Origin: Fimbriosthenelais zetlandica
Taxonomy: Eukaryota
Assembly: GCA_977030845.1 (NCBI GenBank)
Contig: OZ365110.1
Span: 41,168,001-41,232,000, forward strand
DNA: 64,000 bases
Direction: 5' to 3'
The position numbers were made by a program, and so were the translations under genes. How positions within the stretch are numbered: the stretch's first letter is position 1; every line of letters begins with the position of its first letter. Below the pieces are notes generated by a model. The model was not told where the DNA came from. It made no database searches and saw only the letters and a program-made list of their open reading frames with translations. Positions 41,466 to 52,234 of this stretch are shown one piece after another.

Positions 41466-41531
41466 CATCTACACGCATGGCTGAACCTTGGAATCAACAT
41501 ACAAGTAGAGCCAATGACGGCGGACCAAGTC

Positions 41532-41548
41532 AGGTCAGTGTGAGGTCA
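41532..41548 (+). promoter_or_regulatory. Perfect DR5 nuclear-receptor element (RARE type)
   Basis: AGGTCA-gtgtg-AGGTCA, ~1.05 kb upstream of the KLF2/4 ATG. Confidence 0.6.
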
Positions 41549-42223
41549 CATTCACGCGGCTTTCCCCAAAATGTAGACACATGGTCTCACACACACCTAC
41601 ACATTATAGACGCACGTCATCACTGCTCCAGGCTTCCGCATGTCTATGCTTTTCCAGGGCGCCCTGCTCCAGTGACCTTATTTATGCATAGCATGTGTAC
41701 ACTAGTATCTAGAGGCCGCTCTATAGATGGTTCCATCTCGGTGCAAACTTTGTGGCCCATTTTCAGTGCAAATAAAATTAAATTTCTCACAGCCGAACAG
41801 AGCAGAAATAATTTGTTATGCACTGGCCTTCACTTTATGCCTGTGTTAATTAATTCGGAACTTTAATTAACGTTTTGAAATTAAACAGATATTGCATTAA
41901 TAGAAAGAAACGTATATAGATTTCGATGTTCGAGGTCGTGCGTCTATAGTGCATATGGGATGAGTACTTGGTATAGGCTAGTGGTGGAAGAGGACTTTTC
42001 AGGACAGGATAATAATTAAATTTGATGATAAAATGTTTCCATCTGCTACCATTAACGCAGGAATATATAATGGTCATTTGCAAAATTTGCTGATCTATTT
42101 TTTCAGAATTGGTAGGGAAATTACAAGGGAGTTTTGTGGGAAAATATGAGCGGGGGAGCAGTGGCCTACGTCTTCACACGGTGGCGGTCTGACTCGATCT
42201 GCCAGCAGCCTGAATGCCTGGCG

Positions 42224-42265
42224 GACTTATATAGCGGTCTAAAAATAGATTTTCTCTCGACCAAT
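42224..42265 (+). promoter_or_regulatory. Proximal KLF2/4 promoter element: CTTATATA-GCGG-MEF2 (CTAAAAATAG at 42239-42248) plus CCAAT box (42261)
   Basis: gacttatatagcggtctaaaaatag...accaatcagcg; canonical MEF2 decamer ~350 bp upstream of the predicted ATG. Confidence 0.75.
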
Positions 42266-42600
42266 CAGCGTTGAGGAACAGAGGGATCCCGGTCATACTG
42301 CAGAGTAATAGCAATTTACTAGAAATTCCATCGTTATTCACTCACAAATGGGTTCCTAGATGGGTAGAAGAGAGTCACGCTTCTGATTTGGAGAGTTTTT
42401 GGAGAGCTATAAGTAATTTTACACGAGGGATTCCGATCAGTTGTTGATTTGATCTTGACATAGAGACATTTGTGGATAGAGCAATAGATTGACAAACATT
42501 TTCCAGCCTGCAAAGCAGCAAAGGACTTTTGCATTGGTGAAAGTTTGGACTTCGGTTGTTGATATATACATTCAGCCTCCCCAGGTTTCATCAAGAGAAA

Positions 42601-42693
42601 ATGACTTCAATGGTTGATCCTTTACTTACTTCTACTAACGACATGTATTCTTCAGTGTACAACAAATCAGAGGATACCATCGACCTACAAAGT
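42601..42693 (+). CDS. KLF2/4: KLF2/4 first coding exon (MTSMVDPLLTSTNDMYSSVYNKSEDTIDLQS)
   Basis: ATG at 42601; 93 nt; strong AGT|gtaagt donor; phase 0 joins VWADVESFL to give [13 protein letters not shown]; an upstream non-coding exon is possible. Confidence 0.75.
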
Positions 42694-44393
42694 GTAAGTA
42701 TTGACAACCTTTTTCAAGCATTTACTTTTTTAAAAGCATTTTCGCAAAATATTAATGTTACTCTGTCAATACAGCAATAGTTGGATATCAGGTGAGGAAG
42801 TGATTGTAAATTAAGCTAGGTGACATTATTTAGATGTGAAGCTAATAATTAGTGGTAGAAACCAGGTGGTAGCAGCTGGGGATGGACAGACAGTGACTGA
42901 CATAAATGATTTATTTCCCCATGTCCATCAAGTAAGTATTGTGTCTCATAAGATAAAGGACATTAAACATCGATTCTCTATTATTATGAAACGCACACTT
43001 GGTTTTAATAAAACTCACTCTTTTGATCACAACAAAAGCCGCGACTTTAGTACATTAGATAGGCTGGGAGACAGGGAGCGCGTGGTGGTATAGCGTTTGT
43101 TGGCAATCCTACGTCAGAGATTCCCACCCGCTTGGGAAAGGAACATAGAACGCTACACTTGTGTCCCGTCTCTGCATGGCCATGGCCGTTCAAGCGAATG
43201 TTCCACCAGAACTTTCATGAATACTCTCCGCTTGAGATAGTTTACATGCCTAAATCATCCTATAAGCTGTTTATTGACTCAAAAAACAACCATGCCTTAC
43301 AGCCCTTATCATTCAAAATGTCGCTAAGTGCAGCGAGAGTGAATATTTATCGATTATTTTGTGCGCAGATGACTTTTGAATGACTGAGTGTTGTGGCGCC
43401 AAAAATACAGCACTTAATCATCGTCTGCTGGTGTTTGGTTTTGGAGAGGTGGGGGATTTCCTCCCAACTCCTCTCAGCGGTACAGTACCGCCCCCTAGTT
43501 GATGCGACTGAAACTATTGCGGTATAGCATCGTATAGTCAAGATGAGTTTCCCCATAAACTAACCTAGTACCGTTAGCACAGTATCCAAACATGTGGTAC
43601 CTTAATATGGGGTACTAGTCTTCATTGTGGGGCACTGTTTCAAAAGTAAAATTACCAATGCAAAGTCTATCGCTCAGCCTCTATGTCAGAAGCCAAGTGT
43701 ATACACATGGCACCTGGTTTGTTGCCGTATGTTGGTTGTGTAACTTGACTGTAGGTGTCGCTAGCGTCTGTAAGTTTGGGACGCAGCTTAGCTGTGGTTG
43801 GCTAATGGGGGATGACTGAGACACAGGTGAGAGACTGATTTACAATAAAAGAAAAGGTGCGCGCTCCAGCTGTCACATTACAATCCCGGGAGTTAAAACA
43901 GTAAGTCATCGAGCTTAACACTTAGGATTAGTAGGAGAATCTTAGAAGCATTAACATGGAAGGCGTAAACAAACAGGGCACCATGTGCCATGTCATGAAG
44001 GTTAGTCTTTGTAACTAATATACCAATAATATTGGTGGACCTTTATTTTAGGTTTCGTTTCATATTTACTCATCTTTAAATTTACTTTAAGGATGAGAAC
44101 TTTACCTGTTTTCTAGGAAAAGGAAGTTTTGATTTTTAAAAATTATTATCTTCCTTGGATAATTAAATAGGGTTCACCACTTGTTGTGAAGTACATGATT
44201 GTATACTTCCCTGAGATATGTTTTAAGTCATTCGGTTGTAAGGCAGTTTGAGGGTCTAGAAAACTAAAATGAACATAATTGCATTATAGTTTATATTGCG
44301 AGAGTAGGATGATGTTTGGAGATTGATATATTTTTTATGTTTTCATTTGTATGGCCGAGTTATTTATGTATGTTTTTATTTGTATTTTTTTAG

Positions 44394-45728
<1,335 letters not shown>

Positions 45729-46426
45729 AGTGGGACTTTTTGCATATAATATAAAAACTCTCATCCCCTACACACTTACACACACGCTACCAATATTGGT
45801 GTCTCGTCGATGGTGTTGAGATTTTCTACTAAAACCAACTCCTACAGACTCACAAATTGTCCTTGCATGAAATGGGTGTTGACTTTTTCAACAAAAAAGA
45901 AAGTCAATTCAATTAAACTTTCTAAGATGAGCTACAAGGACTTGATAAAAAGCTCTAGACATTTTTGTACTGCCATTTTTGTACATTGCAAGCTGACGAT
46001 GCTTCAAAGACATTGTCACACATGAACATGAACGGTCAGGAAGAAATGTTGAACGCTAGTGCCTTGTTGGCGAGTTCTCAAGGACAGTGGTTGGGGCGCC
46101 ATAGACTGGGTTGGTACCTCTCGAGCCCCAGTAAAGGGCCGCGTGGCCCTTCTTATGTTCTGCTACATAAGGGGCGGTAGAAGAGGTGCTCTGGATATGG
46201 CCAATCCCATTCCAAGAAAAAAAACAGGGCGCAATGCCCTCCTAAGTTAACCATCCGATGTATTCCCTCCGTTCAATAATTAAACCGGATGGGTCGGCGA
46301 CTACCGTGAGTCGTGCATCGGACGGTAAAAATGTCTGCTAAATGTTTAGTGACGTGGTGAAAGCGCACTTCTAGTTAACAGGGAAAGTTTTCAATGAAAA
46401 TTCTACCCCAGTCTTCAAGGTGGTGA

Positions 46427-46448
46427 TGCCTTAAAGATTAATGCCTTA
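46427..46448 (+). promoter_or_regulatory. Two tandem miR-124 7mer-A1 seed matches in the KLF2/4 3'UTR
   Basis: TGCCTTA at 46427-46433 and 46442-46448. Confidence 0.5.
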
Positions 46449-46616
46449 TAACAAGGTCCTATTGTATACATGTATGTATTCCCATGCTTACAACCCGTGC
46501 AGGTCACGAAAGCCTTGCAGATCATATCACTTGTTATATAGTTATGAAAATGATCGTTATTGTATAGAGAAATGTTTATGTATATAACTATTTTAAAGGA
46601 GTAACATCAACTCACT

Positions 46617-46626
46617 AAGTGCAATA
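46617..46626 (+). promoter_or_regulatory. miR-92/25-family 8mer site in the KLF2/4 3'UTR
   Basis: AAGTGCAATA is complementary to nt 1-10 of miR-92a (UAUUGCACUU). Confidence 0.6.
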
Positions 46627-47421
46627 CATTTCTAATGCTTTTTTCTCACCCTAAGGGGTTTGATTGCCACACGATTTAACGTTCCTAAATCCATCCGTCG
46701 CTCAATATCACTGCCTGTTTGTACCTAGTGATTAGTTCAATTTTTATCCGGTTAAGATTATTGTGAAGTTTCACTACAAGAAGATGTAAGACCTTTTAGA
46801 TATTATTTGTTGTTTTTTATTTGCTATTGTTACCGAATGTTGTCTCTTGGAGGTTACTCTTGCTTTGTTGTGTTGGACTATATACTTTGCACATTTCATT
46901 GGTACTTTAGAAACCTTTATAACACTAGTTGAAGAATTCAGTTTGAAGTTCGAACTGTCAATTCTTCTGTTGATCCCGGCTTGTACTGACATCAAAATTA
47001 TAATGATCACGGTGCCTTCTGTACTGGTATTTTGTACGTGCGAATTACCAGAATCTCATTATGGCCCACTCTTGCACGCTTCAATTGCGTTGTACATAAG
47101 GTGCTTGTAAAGTCATATATTCAAAATGTATCATAAAACAAAAATAAGGAGTCTCTCGTCAATTGATATTTTTGTAAAGAGAATTACATATGAAATGCTA
47201 GTCATATACAAAGTGAATGTTTGTCTACTCAAAAAGTATATATATATGTTTGTATAAAATTACTCGAAAAGAAAAAACAAAATGTTAATATATGTTGAGA
47301 TGTTTTGGATCGAACATTTTATTGTGTATATTGTTGTACAGAAGTTCTAGCCAAGCTAGCCATCCGTGAAGAAAATCCATCCACCTGTCTATAAAATGCA
47401 AATGATATATCATTGTTTTAT

Positions 47422-47427
47422 AATAAA
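47422..47427 (+). terminator. Probable KLF2/4 polyadenylation signal
   Basis: AATAAA followed ~30 nt later by a GT-rich tract (gtgttctggtctgtc), at the end of an AT-rich UTR-like stretch. Confidence 0.55.
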
Positions 47428-49125
47428 ATGTTGAAGATGATAAATGAATATTAATGTGTTCTGGTCTGTCTCAGTTGTCCCTGTATGAACTTAACACGCC
47501 TGTCCTAACCTGACACTATGTAGAAACATATTTAACACCTCAGTTGCCACCCATCCACACGCACCACGAGATCCTCTCTTGTCCAAGTATCTCTAAGCAA
47601 GAACAGGCGTAATGATAACTTAACCTTAAAGATCTAATTAGCCGAATGCCCCCCTTTGAAGTGCGCGTACCCATGATTTCCTGGAATCTTATGAAATTGT
47701 CTGGTGGCATGCCCATAGGCGACAAAACGTTAACACTTAGCAAATCTATAATATTACCATAACATGAAAAAGAAAGTCACTTAAAACAAAAGATTATATA
47801 CTAAGATGTTTGAAATGACATAGGCTATTACAATTACATGTATTGTAATTATGTTCCATCATTTTAGATCTTTCTGAAATTGCAAATAAAATATGTGAAA
47901 GGAAATACATAGTAGATAAACCTTTCCGACAGTCTCCTAAAATTATTTATTGAGTGCGTGACAAGGACAGAAATGTAGTGTATTTTATGGAAGAAAAACC
48001 TTAAGATTAAACATTTTACAATCTCTACAGATCAAATTTCTCCATGCTGTTGAAACCCTGGCCCTTGAATACAATTCCAAAACATATGTGCTTGGATGCA
48101 TGCGATGGGTGGGATTTTTCTCAGGGGAGTAGCGCAGTAAAAGTGACATCTCTATGCATATTTTTATGTACATAACTCCCTTCTGCTTTCATCATCAGCC
48201 ATCAGGAACAGAAAAGAAGGAACAAGTTCACATTTGATTAACTCAGAAAAACATCGAGATTGTATAACAGTGATGGTTTAAACACCTGAACGGTTTAAGA
48301 TGATTTCTAGATAAGCTCATATTGGATTCGATCCGGGGGCCTGCAATTAAACTAGTCAACTGAAACAAATATCAATTGTGAATAAATAATGATAAAGTAT
48401 TTGAAACAAATAACTCAGATGAGTTAGTGCACTTAGTAAGGTAGATAAATGCGTTACGTAAGTACACACAATTATAAATTTATTTTCTTTTTCAAAGTGG
48501 TCAATGAATGTAATGTGTTTATTTAGACTTCCATGGAAATCTCTGGAAAAATTGGAGAAAAGCTCAATCTGAAGGTTTCTCGAATTTAAATCACCGCAAT
48601 AACGTTCGCGTTCTCGGTATATTACCAATTCGCAATTTTCGCAAGGGCAGAAATAGATAAGAAACAGTCACCTGTGGCAATGCAACCATCAATTACGATG
48701 TAAGGGAAAGATAAGAACAGTAAAGAAATGCCTACATCCATGCATGCCACATACACATAGTGTGCTTTTCACAAACAGGAAATTGATCCGAAACACGGCA
48801 AGAAAGATGAAATCCAAGAAGGCAAAAGCCATAATTGGAAAAAACGATTATTGTCCTATAGTTTTGTTATTGGTGCCGTGGAGGATACCTTCAGATATGG
48901 GTACCTCTAATCTTATTAAAGGTGATCGGAAGATCAAAGCAAGTTGTTTACTCAGTAAAGCAGAGATGCCCAGAAAAGGTAAGCTGTATACTATACAGAA
49001 ACATTGGGCGTGTCCCTTCTCTCATCTCAAAATGATAGAAACTCTATCTTTTAAAGATGGCTGAACGATTCTGTGACGTCAGATTCATGCATGCTGGGAG
49101 TTTCTGGAGATGTGCAGGGTAGGGA

Positions 49126-49135
49126 GAGAGAGGGA

Positions 49136-49177
<42 letters not shown>
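49126..49177. repeat. (GA)n microsatellite
   Basis: agagagagag run. Confidence 0.95.
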
Positions 49178-49182
<5 letters not shown>

Positions 49183-50325
49183 TGCCTGGAATTTCGGTTT
49201 TATAACCGTTGTATACACATTCTTAATTATTACAGAGCTCTATTTTCTAAATTCAATGTTTTATAATAAAATCATTGCACTTAAACATCATATATTAGCC
49301 TACATAATAATATTTTATTATCAGAATTTGTCACGTAATTTAACAATATTTCAAAGGGATTATTAAATGTTTTATTGGGAGTTTTCTTTATGGACTGATG
49401 CATGAATCTTTCACGAATCTTTCTCATCTGAAAAACTTCTTGTCCCACCCTTGTTTTCATATGTATACTTTCATGTTTTTTTTTCGCGGTGGGCTATTAT
49501 AGTGAGGCGATACTCATATTGTTCTATAACATCCCACATATAATATGTAGAGCACGACACGTGCCTAACCTCACGTGGACTATTCTGGGTGATTGATTAT
49601 TGATTATTGGTCACTAGTCCGGCCACAGCCACCTTGTACTGTATATAAGTGGATTAGTCTATGCCTACGTTAGTAGAAAATTCCCCATCATAACCTATAA
49701 ACGCCAAAATCCCCACCGCTGACTGGTATAGGCTATACGTGGGCTGGCCGAGCTGCTGAGAGCCAAGGGCAATCCTCTCTATCCACGTGGGCTATTAATA
49801 CCATACACCCAAACATTGTCAGCTATTGTTTTTATTTTCATGAGACCTACATACATTGAGAGGGGTATAATTATAGGCCTAAATAATGGTGGAATGGACA
49901 GTGCTGGTGACACCACAACCGGATCCATAATTATCCAAGAGGGTGGCAGCTTTTCATTTTTCGGGGCTGCTTTTGATGTGGGAGTGGGTATATTTACACC
50001 TCTCCAAAAGCCCATGTTCTGTTTCTTCTTTAAATATCCCATGGCGAGAAGCCTTCCTCCACATACAACAAAATGGCTGCACACATTTTAACACACATAA
50101 TTACTGTTCATCCATTTAACTTTTTAAGCATAATTCAGATTACCGTATCTTTCCTAATTGAATAGCACAGTAGCTTGGTTTATTTCTGCTTTCACTGTTT
50201 CAGTTTCAGTTTCAGTTTCAGTGCCGTAGGTTTTTGCGAATATTTCCAAACGTTTTGATTGAAAAGTACAAACTTCGCAGCTTTCAGAATCTTAGAGATG
50301 TGATCAATGGAGGGGAATCAGGGCA

Positions 50326-51025
50326 CAGTGTTGCCACCTGGGTTGTATCGAGTGAAAATGCATCAGTTAGGCTCCCAAAACGGGGACTGATTAGGCCTAC
50401 TACATGTGGCTATGATTAGTTACACTTTCTTATGATCTACTATTTATGAGCGGCCTATGACTATTTAACAAAAGAAGATTAACCGTTCAACTTACTTTTC
50501 CCACTACACTCCCTTGGGCTTGGCAAGCTGGTCCATCTCGGCACAGAATTGTTGTGAGAGAACAGTACTGTTCTATGATCTCGGCTAGCGGTCCCCACAC
50601 CGCTCGCTTACTCCCCCAAGCGGACGGGAGTGGTACTACAGTATGGCGCATTCCAGATTTCCCCGCTCTACTCCATCTTACGGGAAGAGTGTGAACTAAC
50701 TTCTAATGCTAAATCGTTCAGACGTCGTTTGTGGTGGGCGATAATAGGGGTTTTGACCGCTTGGAATATTCAGACAACGTTTGCAAATCTATGAAAGCAC
50801 CCAAATGAGCCAAAATCGAAGTCCGTGGGTATATTTTCATGAAGAATTCTTCGCATGTAAAAGAACAGAGGTAGGTTGTTTGTGAGCCTGTAAACGGCGA
50901 GATAATAGAAGCTTTGTTTTGTTTTGGGCGATAATAGGGGTTTTGTGCTGCCCCTGGTGTGTAGCGAGTAAACTAAGCTCTTCCGTGCCGTTACTTCAGT
51001 GGGAATCCACGAGGTGGCAGCCCTG
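50326..51025. mobile_element. Possible non-autonomous hAT-like element
   Basis: CAGTGTTGCCACC ... GGTGGCAGCCCTG (11/13 inverted match); internal 21-bp exact direct repeat tgggcgataataggggttttg at 50735 and 50925; no 8-bp TSD. Confidence 0.35.
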
Positions 51026-52234
51026 TTTCTTGTCAGCACCATGAGCTTAGCTATCAAGCTGCGCATGGTGCCTGTCTAGCTTCCCGATCGGATCTGTCAA
51101 TGGTAAACAAACCCACTTTCGGAGGAATTAACTCTAGCTAATCAGTAAGACAGTTATCTACTTTCCAAACACTATCGATCATATTTATGGACCTCGGGGA
51201 AATTATCACAATTCTATAAATAATTATTAATTTTAGGTCATGTATTCAGGTATACGTACATATAATTGTCATCTATTCATATATTGTATTTTGACTCCAT
51301 TGAAATGTGTTTTCTCTCAGAAAACACTCGGGAATCTTCTCAATTTCTCCAGTGCTATTTCAACGTGAGCAAACTTCAGGCATTATATAAGCCTATGTAC
51401 CGGTAGGCCCTATAGAGTATTTAGCTATATTCTGGTCCGAAACTTCATGCATAATTCTAGATACACTTTTAATCTATTCACATGTTGGATTTTGACTTAA
51501 TTGAACTGTAATTTATTTCAGAAATGGCTCCTGAAAGGTTTCCCCCCCATTGATCGAATATTAAGGAGTTCCCTGGAAAACAGACGGACAGGTGGGATAA
51601 AGTTATTCCTTACCAATGCTGGTAAATTTTGAAGGATTTGACTGACTGATTCCTCTTTGCTACAATTAATCACAAACACAACTAGGATGTAGGAGGTAAG
51701 ATCTTTATTTTCTTAAAAAAATATCACAAAGTTTTCCCAATACGTATCTGGTAGGCTATGTGCAAACTGGATGCTGTGAAACCAATGTGAGATTAAAATA
51801 AAAACTTTTTTAAGTAAACATGGAATCGGGAATCAATATGTGAGTTTTGGAGAACACATTTTCTTGTGTTATGAAATCTGGAATCAGATTTATTACTCAT
51901 AAGTCGATTCACTGCTAAGCACATGTGCACAATCATGATAAACTTGTGATATGTGAATTATACCTTGAATAGAATCAACTCAACAGAGTATAAACAGACA
52001 TTATAACCCTGAGAACTGAAAAAAAACCTGCAAAATATCTACGTAAAACCCTGATAAAATCGGAGGGATAAAATAGAAGTACAACTCCAAAATTTTAGAG
52101 AACTCGCCCCTACTATTACACACATATAAATTTTAAAATGAGTGACATTTTAGAGTGTAAATTGTTTCGAAATTAATACATTTACGTGATAAAAATAGAT
52201 CAATTTATTCCACAAAACCATGGCTTTGTGAGAG

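Noticed and set aside
41477-41866. 129-aa ORF upstream of KLF2/4
   Set aside because: No recognisable domain or splice context; it overlaps CCAAT/DR5 motifs and is better explained as regulatory DNA.
42150-42200. tRNA/SINE-like A-box (GAGCAGTGGCCTA)
   Set aside because: No B-box or cloverleaf; no tRNA, rRNA or snRNA gene was recognisable anywhere in the window.
34780-43612. CArG boxes at CCAAAATATGG (34780), CCTATATAAGG (40329) and CCTTAATATGG (~43598)
   Set aside because: Each has seven rather than six central A/T bases, so none is a canonical SRF site.
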